A DNA stretch of 64,000 nt from Octopus sinensis (Eukaryota), in contig NC_043008.1 in NCBI RefSeq assembly GCF_006345805.1, positions 26,784,001-26,848,000 of the forward strand. The letters run 5' to 3'. Below the pieces are notes generated by a model. That model did not search any database and was not told the DNA's origin. It saw nothing but the letters and a program-made list of their open reading frames with translations. Positions within the stretch are counted from its first letter, which is position 1; every line of letters starts with the position of its first letter. The position numbers were made by a program, and so were the translations under genes. Shown here piece by piece: positions 39,506-53,600 of this stretch.

Positions 39506-40114
39506 ATGCTTTTAATTTGCTTTAAAGAAATTATAGTTTCCTCTTTGTTGCAAGAGTGCTGTTTCCATTATTTCCTGGTGTCTGCAACTGTCCTCTCATC
39601 TGTTTCTCTATTTCTTTCCTATCAATTTCTCACATTTTTGGGGTCAGGGAGTATACAATAGGTGAGTTCTGCATGCAAAATACATTTCATGCATACACAT
39701 CACATAACCTGCATTTCACTCCTTGTAAGAAAATCCTTTGTCACCAGCTGAGGTAATAACTCTTGGAGTATTTTCCCATCTAGTTTTTACTCTTATTACA
39801 ATACTTTCAGAACACTTGTCTCCCCCACAAATCACGTCACCAGTGTAACTAACAAAAACTATGAACTACTTCTAGAGTTTTCATGTAATTTGAAACATTT
39901 ATTTTATGTAGTCATATACTGCTAACTACTTCTGTGTAGGAGTTTGCTTCCTGTACTATTCTTACATGTCTGTAAGTTTACACTGGGTACATGGAACTTA
40001 ATTCATAGCTATTCTTTTTCTGCCCGTGTAGAATGGACACTTCTCTGATGGTAGTGATGTTCAGCTTTCTCTCCTACATCCTAGCAATTTTCTTGATTTG
40101 CTTACTTGGTTGGT

Positions 40115-40256
40115 AGTTCTTTTATTAACCTTGGGATAGTGAAAGTCAATGTTGAACCTGGTAAGATTTGAACTGAGAATGGAAAGGGAAGTAAATTAAT
40201 AATGCAAGGTGTTTTTGCCAAATTTCTTCTGCCTACTCCATCAACTTTCCGCCATT
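40115..40256 (-). mobile_element. Decayed SINE, third family
   Basis: GTCAATGTTGAACCTGGTAAGATTTGAACTGAGAA is the reverse complement of the family at 37430. Confidence 0.5.
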
Positions 40257-40281
40257 GTATAAGAAAAGATAATCGTAAAAG

Positions 40282-40320
<39 letters not shown>

Positions 40321-41964
40321 GTATATATATAAAAGAACACAATCATATGTTAATGAACATAGTGTAATAAAATAACATAAACAGATAAGATAACAGCATT
40401 AAAGTGAAGCACAACAAACAGATAAAGGAGTTATTTATATTGGGTTATATTGGTGTTTTATTCTTCCCTTTCAAAAAGACAACTCTGAGACATTTGGAAA
40501 TACTTTTTAATTTATAAACTTTACAGAATAATTTGATTTGAGGTAGAATTTCTTTTCCTGGTATGACTAAAATGGAATGGATTTTTTCCTATTCCATTCC
40601 CACATACTCAAATACACAGACATATATTCAAACATGCACACACAGAGGCACATATAATATGAACTGTTATATATATATATATGTGTGTGCGTGTGTGTAT
40701 ATCTATATACATATGTATATATACACATACACATGCTGAGATAAATTTAAAAACATGCATGCACCCATTCGCATACATCCTATGCATCTATTGATTTTCT
40801 TTATAAACCAATCACTGTTTCTTGATTATTTTATTTCATTTTAATTTTCGACACTTTCACAAGAGATGCTGAAATAAGTTTCTATGTGGTTGATGATTAA
40901 ATTGAGGTTGTTGCTAATGTTATTACTGTTGATGTTGTTCATGTGGGTGCTACAGTTGTTCCAATTTTTAGCCTCTCCTCCTCATTTTCATTGAATCAGT
41001 TAAAACTATTTTGTTCTGAAAGTGAAACAATTTAGTTGTCATTGGTCAATGAGCTGGGCTAACAGATATTTAAAACTAATTGCTTTTTGTTACCAAGCTC
41101 TTGTAATAGTCAGTACTTGACTTCAGTAATGCATTTCACAACTGCAATACTTTACCAAGGATCAGGATTTTGAAAAATATAAGAAAAAATAATTAAAGTT
41201 ATTTTTAAAAATGTAATTTTTCTATGTAAAAGTAAAATATTGATCTTAGTCCAAATAAATGTTATTAATATGTTTGTATAAAAAAGAATATCAATAATTC
41301 TGAATATGAAATTTATAACATTTCTGGTTTATGCTACTATTTCAGATGTAAATATTATAATGACAAGGTCATGACCAGTAGTTATGCTTTCTTATCGTTG
41401 ATCATGTAATTTGAGTAAATATCTGTAGCAAAGAACAGAATAAAAAAAGAAAACTGAAATTCTATACTGGCTATTTGTTGTTTTATTTTTCTATTAACAT
41501 AGGAGGAAAAGAATTTAAATAGGGTCAGTTTCATTATACATATAAAATAAATTAACAAATTGATCTGCAGTTTGTAAACCACAAAATATAACCTTTTGTG
41601 AAATAACTAATATGACCTTGGTACTGTGATGTTGGCAAGAGAAGAAATATTACAATACTGAACAAAATTACATTGTGATCATTTCTGATCTATTTTATTT
41701 GTATATAACATTTTCATTAATTGAAATAGTATGAGGTAGTGTGTGTTATACATGACATCTAAATAGGCAATCTACTCAATAATACAGCAATATCTCCTTC
41801 AACAAACTTTTTTAGGCTTTAAAAAATAGAGACTATGTGGAACAAAAATGAAGAGGAAAAAAATTACCAAAATGTTGAATGTCTAACATTTCAGGCAAAT
41901 TTCTGAGAATTTCATCAGATACAAAGAAAATATTCTTGTAAAGATTCTAAAATGAAAGAGGACG

Positions 41965-41967
<3 letters not shown>

Positions 41968-42039
<72 letters not shown>

Positions 42040-42100
42040 ATAATATATATATATATATAATATATATAATATATATAATATATATATATATATGTATATA
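41968..42100. repeat. Interrupted (TA)n array
   Basis: Direct reading. Confidence 0.95.
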
Positions 42101-44619
42101 TAGGTTGCTTGTCAGATTCACATTTTTAAAAATTAATCGTGTAGCTGGGAGATTTTGAATTTGTCATTTATTTCTAGAATGATATTGCAGGGTAGGTATG
42201 AGATGTTGGATCTGGTCAGTTGGGACATATACCAGATAGAATATTTGAGCCAGATATGGCCAGTTTAAATAGTAAAGACTTAAAGAAGCACCTGAAGACT
42301 ATTAATATACAGTAGGAAAAGGTTGAAAAATATACAACCAAAGGAGAACATAGGAGAGAATTGCTGTCTGATTTTGAAGCATGCATGAGAGATCTTAACT
42401 AGGTATTTTAAATGGTAACTACATTTAATCAAAATTATCTCTGTTATGGCATCAATAATTATACAACAAAATTGAACAATCTGTATCTGGTGTACTCATT
42501 CAGAAATATTTTTGAATGTTAAATCAGCTGCTGAAACAAAACTGAATGTGATAAATAAATATCAAGTCAACATTAATGTTCTCAATAATTGATTCAAACA
42601 CTGTGATACTAGCACGTAGTATCCTAAATTTTCTTCCGAAATATGTTTTAATTCAAAATATTAGACTCATGTTGAGAAATAACTTAATATTCTATAAGTC
42701 TTATACGCAGTGTTTGTTTTCAACTAAGTGACCAGACTCATATATTGTCTAGTCGGTTCTTTCCTTTTTGTAAGAAACAAAACCAATTACTCTTAAAAAT
42801 GTCAATTCTTGTTATATATGTGCTTCCTTCTTTTCTTTTCTTTTTCTTTCAAATCTAAAACTTTGCTTTATTATAGCAAATAAAAATAAATTGTGGAGTA
42901 TAAGATATTGATATTAATGGCAAATGTGGTGCTATTTTACCATCACTTTCATATCTCAAATTGCTCAATGAAAGACAAAATGCAGAAACTTTGCACAAAT
43001 AATATATGATTTACTTCAATTTCAATTTTTTGTATTTGTTGCCAGAATATTTCAACATCAAGAATGTTGGCATGGCAACAACAATAATAATTCCTCTTTT
43101 GGTGTCGCAGATACTGTAAAGTATCCCATATAATATGTAGGTTTACAAACAATGGCAATAATTTAGTAGTTGATGCTTAGTTACTTTAAAGATGAGGGAG
43201 AACATGGAACAGAAGTAAGAATAGGATATTTCATTCTATTTTGATATGCCATTGATCTGAATTTGAATCACAAGCAATTTTATCTTACTTTTATCATTAA
43301 AGACTCAGTTACTGCTATATACAAAGGACAAACAAAATAAAAAGACCTTTGAAGATGTATGTATACATGCACAGGTTTATATGTATTATACTTTGTAGTA
43401 AATGTAATAGTAAAAATTGAAAATGCTCTTTATGCAAAAGTAATTTCTGTCTTTGATGTGGACAATTAATCAGGATCACTATTGTGATAATTGGAAAGGT
43501 TTTAAGAAAACAGCAGTTTTATATCTCTTCTTCCTAAAAAGAAAGAAATCTGTTAAATGTTTGCCGACAACTAGTAATGAGGTATTTACAGTTCTTGTGA
43601 ATATTAGATATTTCACAAGAAATTGAGGTAATCAGCATGATAGTATCACCTTGATTTAAAGAATGGTAAGATCTATCAGTTTGTTATCGCTCTAGAAAAG
43701 TGAAATTATTGTCTAGCAATGCTTATCTCTACATGATACCAGACAGAGAAATCAAACTCTTACAAAATGAATTGATGCAACTGTTTATATTGAAATGTGG
43801 GAAATGCTAACATCACTAACGACACTAACAGTCACTAAACACATTGATATCTTGGAACTAATCCCAGTGCAGGCTTCACTGTGTGGTTAAAGTGTTACCC
43901 TTGCAACTTAATAGTCCTGAGTTCGATTCCAGTGCGCAACACTTGGAACAACTATTTTCTACAATATATTCTTAAGATCAGATTAACTTGTCATTAGATT
44001 TTGTTAGATGATGCATATGAAAATGCATCATCCATATTATTTTGATGCCTACTTTTATTGTGCTGAAATAGGTTGAGCAAGACTTATAGATACAGTATTG
44101 TGTGGCTTCAAAGTTGTTTTCCTTTTTCACCCCTTACTTGGTTTTCTGGTAAGGCATTTTATATTTCACCTTTCTTCACATATCAAAATGCTTTCTGAGC
44201 TGTGTGGGACATAGGGTTTATGAAAGCTGACAAGATATGTCAATGCTGCGAAAGTAGCATCAGTGTGAAGAAATGATGAGTCAAATACTAACACACACAC
44301 ACAAACACACACACACACATTCACACACACAAATACATATACATATAATGGTTTGTTTGTTCAACATCCATCTGTCCATAATAACGTTTTCGGCAAGAGT
44401 TTGTTAAAGCTTAGGTTTTACAGCCTGATTCTCTTCTTGTCACAAACCCTCAGGTTTGCTTTCCAAGTAAAGAATTTATATTCCACAGGTCTTAGGTGGT
44501 ACAAACCAACTAGTCATAATGTCAATACGAATGTGAAATTTTGCTCTCGTAGTGACAAATGAAATATTAATAAACATATAGATTCTGCTCAGATACAAGT
44601 ATATAGTTTATCTTTTATT

Positions 44620-45070
44620 TTTTCTCCTTTACCTGTTTCAGTCATTAGACTGTGGCCATACTATGGCATCATCATCTTAAAGAAATTTAGTTGAACAAAT
44701 CGATCTCAATACTTTTTCTTTTTTTGAGCCTGGTACATATTATTGGCCTCATTTGTTGAAATGCTAACTTATGAGAATGTAAGCGTACCAACAGTTCGTG
44801 TCAAGTGATGAAAGGGGATAAACATGGACACAAAAACTCTTCCTATACACACACACACGCATGTATGCACACACACTCACAGACAGAAGACAGACAGACA
44901 GACACACACACACACACACACACACACACAAGATAGGCTTCTTTTAGATTCCATCTACCAAATTCACTCCCGAGGCTTTTTGGTTGGCTCAAGGCTATAG
45001 TAGAAGACACTTCCCCAAAATGCCATGCAATGGGACTGAGCCCAGGACCATGTAACTGGGAAGCTAACTA
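44620..45070 (-). mobile_element. SINE, same family as 1430-1796
   Basis: CCATCTACCAAATTCACTC..GGCTATAGTAGAAGACACTT..TGGGACTGAGCCCAGGACCATG. Confidence 0.8.
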
Positions 45071-45074
45071 CCAT

Positions 45075-46215
45075 CCTTCATGTTTTCCTCAGCCCAGCCT
45101 TCTCCTCCTTGAAATCTGCATGCATCTTACATGACTTACTGGTCCATAGTGCCCTCCTCTTCCCCACTCACATCCATCCAATATCCTTCCCTTGCATCAG
45201 ACCTCATTACTACACCCGTCCGTTCACTACTAACACCACCTCCTTTACGGGAACCAACCAACACACGACTTGCATTGGGATACTTTCCCATGTATCTCTT
45301 CTGTCATTGCCTTTTGCCCAAACTGCATCCTTTTTGACTCTTTATATGTTGGTCAGTCTGGTTGTCATCTTGCTGAGAGATTTACAGAACAACTATCGGT
45401 TATCCAACTCCAAAAAGTACCCCTGTCGCTCATCTGAACACCTCACTGTCTTCAGCCTATCCTTGCACCATGAAACCACCACCACTTGACTTTGCCAAAA
45501 ACAGTGCTACATCTTCATTCTCCAAATACACTGTTTGGACTTAACACCTATCTTCTTCCTGTATCAGCTTCCATTCTCCACATTTTTATTGTTTCATTTT
45601 ATTTTTTACCATTTTATTTTCCAGGTTTTTATTTTTAACTTAAATTATTTTTTAAATATAATTCGATTTTAAAAAAAATTAATTTGATTAAATGTTTTTA
45701 AAATTTTGATTTAATCTTTTAAAAATCTAATCTAATTTTTAAAAATTAAATTTAAAAATTAACTTAAAAATTCAAATATAATTTCTTTTTTAATTGTTTT
45801 TAATAAAAAAAAAATTAAAATGTTCTTATTCTTAATTTATCTTCTACACACTTCCACACACCCATATATATGAATTACATCACCCTCATACTACAAACAT
45901 ATGTACCATGTGCACACACACACTGCCCATTTTTGCATTCTCCACCCTTTGAAAACCACTTTCTTTATTTCTCCACTCCTGGTCAGTTATTCTCCTGCCA
46001 ATAAACGACACACACGCTTTTCTCTGACTATTCGTTCCTTTCTCGCTTGGTCGTTTACTTCTTTCCTCTTTCTGGCAAAGACCCATGCTTGAAACATCAC
46101 ACCTCTCTTTTTTCCATCTTAAACTATCTCTGAGTGTCAAACTAATATATTCACTGTATTTGTCCTTTTGACTTTTGTTGTTTTTCCTGTTTCTGTTTTT
46201 AATTTCAATTTGCTT
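45075..46215 (+). mobile_element. Decayed Neptune-type PLE: linker and endonuclease 45075-45560, low-complexity tract, pseudo-LTR-like end
   Basis: Colinear with 55460-55925 (LHDLLVHS versus LRDLLVHS; LYVGQSG.HLAERF versus LYIGQTGRRLADRF). Degenerate hammerhead-like CTGGCAAAGACCCATGCTTGAAACATC at 46072-46098. Confidence 0.7.
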
Positions 46216-46216
46216 A

Positions 46217-47422
46217 TCTGATATATATAAATAACAGTATGTGTGAGTATAATGATTAATGTATACATTTCCACAATTCTCAACCGATTTCACCAAACTT
46301 TATGCACACATTACTTATGTCCCAAGGATGGTCATGCACATTTTGCCCAGAGCTCCTGCATAAATGTACATAGTTTTTTGTATGTAGGGTCTTCCATAAA
46401 TTTGAATCTTTTTATAAAGCGAAAGGGTTTTGTCTATTTATTTATTTCATCTGTCCACTTGCGATGGTGATTAAATTGACTAGGAACACTGAATGCATAC
46501 ATTTCCACAATTCTCAACCGAGTTTCATAAAACTTTACACACACATTACTTATGTCCCAAGGATGACCATGCTCTATAACATTTTGCTCTCACATAAATG
46601 TACATAGATCTTTTTGTATGTAGGATCTTCCAAACTTTTTTAATCTTTTTATAAAAGTGAAAGGAATTTATTTATTTATTTCGACTATCCAGCTGTGGCA
46701 GTTATTAGATTGACTAGGAACACTATGCGATGGATATCCAATGCCAAAAAATCTTAATCTCCATATTTAAACTGCATTAAACTTTGGCAAGCTTACATTT
46801 ACCTATTCTGAGTTTCTTGGAGGGTGATGTTCCCTTCCCTCTCTCCTATTTGTTGATACATTTGTTTACCAACCAATACATTGTTTCACTTTAAGGATGC
46901 TAGTGAAAGTTATATCTGTGTTTCAGAAAGCTCTGTACCAATTTAACTTTATGTGGCATTCGCAGTTAGTTTATGCACAGGATATGTGGGAAGACAGAAT
47001 AAAGGGGCTTTTGTTAGCTTATATCTTTAAAAAAATAGCTCCCTTTGCTGTTGAATAAGATAAACTCACAGAGGAGAAATTTCAACGCCTTCCTTCGATT
47101 TCTATACACCTTTTATGTGTCTGTTTCTGACAAGAAATTTTGCTTTCATGAAAAACAACTATATTTTGTAGTCATTATCTGTAATCTACTCTCAGAACAT
47201 TTTAGTAGCTCTACTTTGCATCACTTGCAAACTTATACATTCTATGATCATTAAAGTGCAATGACCTCTGCAATAACCAGCCTTCAATTTGGTTTCCCAT
47301 TGCTAAATTAATCAGAAACATAGATTGCCATGCTACCCATAAGCCTCAGTAGTTCAATTATTTGGGGAGAAAAATACCACCAAAACGACTTAAGCCATCC
47401 AAAGGATGGGTGCATTTGCTAG
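46217..47422 (+). mobile_element. Non-autonomous Helitron (about 1.2 kb) with two internal tandem 234-bp units
   Basis: 5' A|TC(TG)ATATATATAAA; 3' hairpin CCATCC-AAA-GGATGG, 9-nt spacer, CTAG|T. Tandem units at 46258-46491 and 46492-46724. Confidence 0.65.
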
Positions 47423-47499
47423 TGTGTATATATATATATTATATATATATATATACACACATAAATAAAATGTATGTGTAGATTAATCCCTACACATAT

Positions 47500-47680
47500 T
47501 TTCTCTCTCTCTCCTACTTTTCATTCTCTCTCCGTTTTTTTTTCTGCTCAGTCCTATCTGTGAAAGAGCATAGACTCAAAACAAAGACTTTTTATTCTTT
47601 CCCAACAGTTAAACTAACACACCTGCTTGTTGTTCCTTCCACTGTCTTCATCTTTTGTTTTCTGTATATTTGAACTGTGT
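47500..47680 (+). mobile_element. Solo decayed PLE pseudo-LTR, family of 56530-56784
   Basis: CTGTGAAAGAGCATAGACTCAAAACAAAGACTTT...AACTAACACACCTG...CTGTCTTCATCTTTTG. Confidence 0.7.
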
Positions 47681-48040
47681 GTTAGGAAATTACAAAGTAT
47701 AATGTTAAGTTAAACAGGTAAACAGTTTTTCATGCTGCACTGATGAAGTCCATTGTCAAAATGGGGAAGCTAGGTGTTATTAGCCAAAACTGTGAAACTA
47801 TAACAAATTGGCTAGAACTTGGCAAACTTTTATAAGCAGAGATATTTGTCCTCCACCACCAGTTTTTTTGACAATTTTTTACTGTGAGACAACGTTGTTC
47901 CATTGGATTCTGGAAGCTATGATTGCCTGTTCAGTTTATGCACATTGTGCTTTTTGTTAGGCATTTAGGGATTTATTTTATGCTCCAGGAATTCACCAGA
48001 ACTTTTGTCAGATTTAAAATAATTTCTGTGTCACATCTGG

Positions 48041-48272
48041 GTCCGAGGCTTGAAATCCAAGGTTTGAAAACCGAATTTGTGCTAAAATGGAAATCCAGAT
48101 TTTATGAAATCCTAAATTTTTTAATCCATATTTTTGAAAAACCAAATTTGTGAGGCCAGTTTTTGTGTGTGGCCAATTTTGATGAAACCAAAAATTGTGA
48201 ATCCAGAGTTACGGATCCAAGTTTGTGAAATCAAGTTAGTGAAGCTAGGATTCTGAGTCCGAATTTCTGAAC
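48041..48272. repeat. Degenerate 14-15 bp tandem array, consensus about CCAAATTTGTGAAAT
   Basis: Recurring CC(A/G)A(A/G)TTT.TGAA roughly every 15 nt. Confidence 0.65.
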
Positions 48273-48491
48273 TGTATACATATGTTACCTTAGTAAATAT
48301 TTTGACTGCACGTCTGGTGTGGCATTGGGTTTTTGTTTGTGTATATATTTGTTTTTGTATGTAGGCTGTTTTTTTTATGCTGACAATTGTTAATAATATT
48401 TTACAAAAAATTTCATGGGGTGTTGTTGTTTTGAGTTCACCCTATCCTCGCTGATTCTCTAAATTCAGGTTATGGCCATCAGTTTGTAGCA

Positions 48492-48681
48492 TGTTGTGTT
48501 ATATCCCTTAGATTAGTCTCCTACCATTATGGGAAATCTCTAATGAAAAAGAACACATTCGGGTCCCTAATAGTAAGAGACCATTACTCTGTATGCTTTG
48601 CTAATAAATGGACATATCTTATCTCATGCTGAATTCTCTTTCTATTTATTAACCAATATTGTCCACCTGCTTTATACCACA
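48492..48681 (+). repeat. 5' LTR
   Basis: Aligns with 54394-54584, about 25 differences counted by eye. Confidence 0.95.
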
Positions 48682-48700
48682 TGGTGTTAGAAATGGGATT
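48682..48700 (+). promoter_or_regulatory. Primer-binding site, tRNA-Leu-like
   Basis: TGGTGTTAGAAATGGGATT follows the LTR directly. It has two mismatches to TGGTGTCAGAAGTGGGATT, the complement of a metazoan tRNA-Leu 3' end as I recall it. Confidence 0.8.
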
Positions 48701-48901
48701 CCAAAGGATTTGAAGTAACTTTTAAAAGAAAAATTCACTGGAAAAAAAAAGAAAAACAAACTTTTTTCAGCTTCGGAAAAACAACAACAAAGACTTCACT
48801 CTGCACTCATGGCATTAAAGATAAAGAAAGAATTCTTCACAGCATTGTAAGTTTGTTTTCTTCATTTAATTTAAAGAATATCTGAAAAATCTTTTTCTGT
48901 G

Positions 48902-49640
48902 AATATCCCACCTCCTGAGCGAGTGTCTTTATCAGGATATGTGGCTAGCAATTGGAGAAGATTTAAACAAAACTTTGAATTATTTAATTGCCAGTCAACT
49001 CTCAAATGAAGTCAATACTGGATATCAAACTTTTGTATTTCTGGCGACTATTGGAGAAGAATGCTTTGATATATATGAAGGACTACAATTTGACGATGAA
49101 GAACAGGAAAATAACTTATCTGAAGTGATTAACAAATTCAAGGAATCTTTTGTTGGTGAGACATACGAGGTTTATGAGTCTTAACCAATTCCTCCTTCGG
49201 AAACAAGAGAATTTTGAGAACATAGAAATCTACATAGCTGTTTTGGGCCAACTTGCAAATATCTGCAACTTTGGAGAATTAAAGGACAGACTTATTAGGG
49301 TTCAAGTTGTTGGTGCTAAAGACGATCAGTTGAGAGAAAAACTTTTAGCAGACATAAAGCTAATCCTCGACAAATGCCTACAAATAGGTAGAGAACATGA
49401 GACCTCAAAACAATAAACAAAAGCTATCTCCCCGACTGTCAATGCAACAGATCCACAAATAAGCAGTGTCACAAAACCAAGTAATAAAAAAAGGGTATCA
49501 ACACGAAAAGAAGATACCTGAGAGAAAGTGCATGTGTTGTGGAATGATCACATTTCACAATAGAAATGACAGCCCCACCTCAACCACAAGATGCAGCGGA
49601 TGTTCGAAAATAGGACACTACACAAATGTTAGCAAGAACT
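48902..49640 (+). pseudogene. gag: Gypsy gag, frameshifted
   Basis: IPPPE..SGYVASNWRRFKQ, LATIGEECFDIY, CNFGELKDRLIR..LREKLLAD, degenerate CCHC knuckles (CSGCSKIGH). Confidence 0.85.
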
Positions 49641-49729
49641 TTTCAAGAGTTAGTGGAGTTGAAGAGGAAGAACATCATTTCTTAGGTTATGTTTCTTTGG
49701 AAAATATAAATGCAGTTTGTGAAGACAAT

Positions 49730-50656
49730 AAGATAGAATGGCAAGCAAAAATAGAAGTCACCACCAAAGTCTGCCGCAAAATTGTCGAATTTAGACTGGA
49801 TATCAGCGCAGATATGACAGTAGTACCTGACCGGTTTTTCAGGAAGAATTCTCCAATAATAAAACCTACAAACAAAAGTTATAAGGCCAAGTCAACACAA
49901 AATAAAAGTACTTGGACAAGTAGATGCCACATTGAGTAATGGGAAAGCAATGTTGCAACAGGAACTGTATGTTGTGCAAGACTTTGTTGAACCATTATTG
50001 GGTGAACTAGCAATCAAAGATCTCAATCTCTATATTATAATTCCGAAATGCAAAAAGTTTGTTTGTCTGGTTTTGGCATTGGGAACAGGTTAAAGGGCAC
50101 TAGATCCCGTCAGATTGACTCCAGAATTTACAGGGACATGTAAAATGAGGTGAGGATGTTAGTGGGCTAGGTTAGAAATCCTTATCTTAAAAGGTGTGGT
50201 TACTAGGGCAAAAAACGCACATTTTGACAAGTCTCCTCCCATTCTCTTATCTGCATGTCTTCCTCCGTCTCTCTCTGTTTCCTCCCTTCCCATTACTTTC
50301 TCTCAATAACGACGTTTGACAGATACTACTATCTTCACCCCGCCGCCTTCGCCAGCGCTGTCCCTCTTTTCCCCACCGCCTCCCTCTCTTTCACTCTTTC
50401 TTTCTCTCTCTCTCTCTCTCTCTGTATATCCGTCTGCATTCATAGAGAGTTTTATTATCGCCACCACCACGCAATCATGAGAACAAATATTATGAATCAG
50501 ATATTTATTGGGTTAATTTATATATGCATGTGTGTGTGTATGTGTTCTATAAATAAATATATATATATATAATGTATATATACAAAGTGTATATATTTGT
50601 ATTTATATATATATATGTATATATATAATTTGTATACATTTGAATATATAATGCGT

Positions 50657-50687
<31 letters not shown>

Positions 50688-53600
50688 ATGTGTGCAATAT
50701 GTGGTCGGTTGAGCTGAAAACATTCACACCTCTATTAAACATGCTGGCGAGTTTGCATGGCAACTATTTTTTTCCTTAAATGAGAGGCGTGACCTCTAGG
50801 ACAAAATTCCTCATCTTATAAAATGTCACCCGAGTAGACCTGAATGAAATTGGGTTATATTAACCAAAATGTGAAAAGGAGTCTAAATGGGGCTGGAAGG
50901 GGATTAAAATTTACAGGAGCAGGTGTTTAGGAATTCTCTGTTACATCAAGCTAAAAATTTGCACCAGCCTTTAAATCTTCAATGTGTTGCCGTCCATGAT
51001 GAAGAAGTTTTGAATGCTTGCCATGGTGAGTCTACTATCATGAGAAAGAATCACTTCAAAACTTGGTGTTTAGAAATTTTCTTTTACATCAAGTTCAAAA
51101 TTTTATGCCAGCTGTTAAACTGCCACTACGTTGCTGTCCGTCATTAAGAAATGCCTGCCATGGTGATTCTACTATCCACAGATTCTATCCTTTCAAACTT
51201 TGGTTTCCAATATTTTTTTTTTCATTCAGCTAGCAAGTTCGTCTGTCCCTTTTAAATGTTAGTGTTTTGCTGTCTGTCTTGAAGCAGACCTTTCCGTTGT
51301 CACTGCCTGATATTTATGATTGATCTTTCAAAATGTTTACTGTCTCAACTTACTCAAGATCTTTTGTTGTTTATAAATGGGAGACAGATAGATAGAGAAA
51401 GGTAGAGAGTAAGAGAAAGTGAGGGAGCGTCCGAGAGAAAAGAAGAGTAAGAGAGTGGGAAAATGAGAGAGAAAGGAGAGAGAAACAAAGAAGGAGAATG
51501 TGGTGATAAAAAACAGAAAGGAAGCAACAGAAAGTAACAACCACACTCTTACCTGCGCGTAGAGCGGGTCACCTTAAGCTAGTCTATTGAGTAAAATCAA
51601 TATGATAAAAAAATGAATGTCTCAAATGCAAAAAATAAAATTACTCAGTGTTTTTACAGACCTAGTGAAATTGAGGCATGTATACAAAATTCCTTTGGAT
51701 GAAACAGCTCAACCTTTCTCAATCACTGCCCCCAGATGGCTACCACTTCCCATGAAGAAGAGAGTTCAGCGATTGGAAAGAGAGAAAATTATCCATCCAT
51801 AGAAGTTCCTGACAGACTGGTGTGCTCCCATTTTAGTGGTCCCGAACAATGATGGAAGTCAGACTTTGTGTCAACTACTCTAAATTAAACAAATGTGTGA
51901 AAAGGGAAAATTTTCCACTTCTTTCAACTTATCAACTTCTTGCTGAACTTGAAGGAGCCACAGTATTCATGAAACTTGACTGTAACAGTGGTTCCCACCA
52001 AATAGTCCTGCATGAAGACTCACAGGAACTTACCACTTTCTTCACACTGTATGAATGATTCTATTATTTACGGATACCTTTCGGAATAAGCTCCGAACTA
52101 GAACTTTTCCACAGAGAAATGTCACACATTGTGTTAGGAATATCAGGGGTCATTTGTGACATAGATGATGTCCTGGTCAGTGGAAAAACACAACAAAAGC
52201 ATAACCAGAGGGTACAAAAGGTACTACAAAGAATGAAATCAGCAGGGGTAACACTAAATGAAAAGTGTATACTCTCTGCTTGTGAGGTGAAATTTCTGAG
52301 TCATATAGTGTCCAAAAAAGGAAATCTGAGTAAATCCTGAGAAAGTAAAAGTAATAAAGGAATTGACCTGACCACAAAATGTGTCTGAGCTAAGAAGGTT
52401 GCTCGGTATGGCAAATTCACTGAGAATTTAGCAGAGTCGACTAAACCACTTCAGGATCTACTAAAAATAGGAAATTACTTGGACATGCCTCAAGAGACAG
52501 TGTTTCGGACTCTGAAGGGAAAACTGAGCTCTGCACCAGAACTGATGCATTATACTGCTGACAAGCCAACAAAAGTCTCAGCAGATGCATCATCTTATGG
52601 CTTGGGTGGAGTGCTTCTTCAGAAGGAAGGAGATGGCTGGAGACCTGTATTCTATGCATTGAGATCTCTCAGTGAGACCAAGCAGAGACATGCACAGATT
52701 GGGAAGGATGCATTAGCAGTCATGTGGTGTTGTGAGAAGTTTGTTGACTTCTTGATAGGACTACCAAAGTTCTTGATAGAAACAGATCACAAGTCTCTTC
52801 TACCACTACTAAAGACTAAATGTTTCAATCGGTTGACTCCAAGAATCCAGCATTTCTACATGTGCCTAATGACATTCACCTACGAGATCACACACACCAC
52901 AGGGAAAGACCTCATTACAGCAGACACCCTATCCAGGATTCCTGGCAGTGTACTAACAAAACAAGAGTACCAGCAGGAGACAGAGACAGACATGTTCATC
53001 AATTCTATCACAGAGAACATCTCCGTGAGTGACAAACGACTGGAGGAAATCAGGCAGAAACAAAGCACTGATAAAGTCTGTGGTCAAGTTATCAACTTTT
53101 ACAAGATGGACCATTGGCCTGAAGTAGCCACACAAGATCCGAAACTGAGGCCCTACTGGTTTGTACAGCAGTGCCGAACAGTTTATCAGGGACTCTTACT
53201 ATATTAGAGCTGACTCCTCATCCCTGCAGACCTCGAGAAAGACATCTTGGATTATCTACACAAAGGACACCAAGGTATCATCAGATGCCAAGCACTGGTG
53301 TGGGATAATGTTTGGTGGCCAGGACTTTCCGAGCAAATTGCTGAGAAGATAGGAGGGTGTAGTATCTGTGAGAAAGAAAAGAAATATCCACCAGAACCAC
53401 TACAACCTATCAAGTTACCTGATTATCCATGGCAGAATGTAGGAATGGACTTGTTCAAATAGAAAGGACACAGATATCTATTAGTCATTGACTACTATTC
53501 TAGATGGATAGAGATATCACAGCTACAGACAACAGTATCAAGCAGTATCATTGACAACTGCAAATCAATATTTGCTTGGTATGGTATACCGGAGGTTGTC

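Noticed and set aside
48400-48491. Idea that the Gypsy element inserted into the PLE
   Set aside because: The left flank has no upstream PLE RT sequence and there is no TSD.
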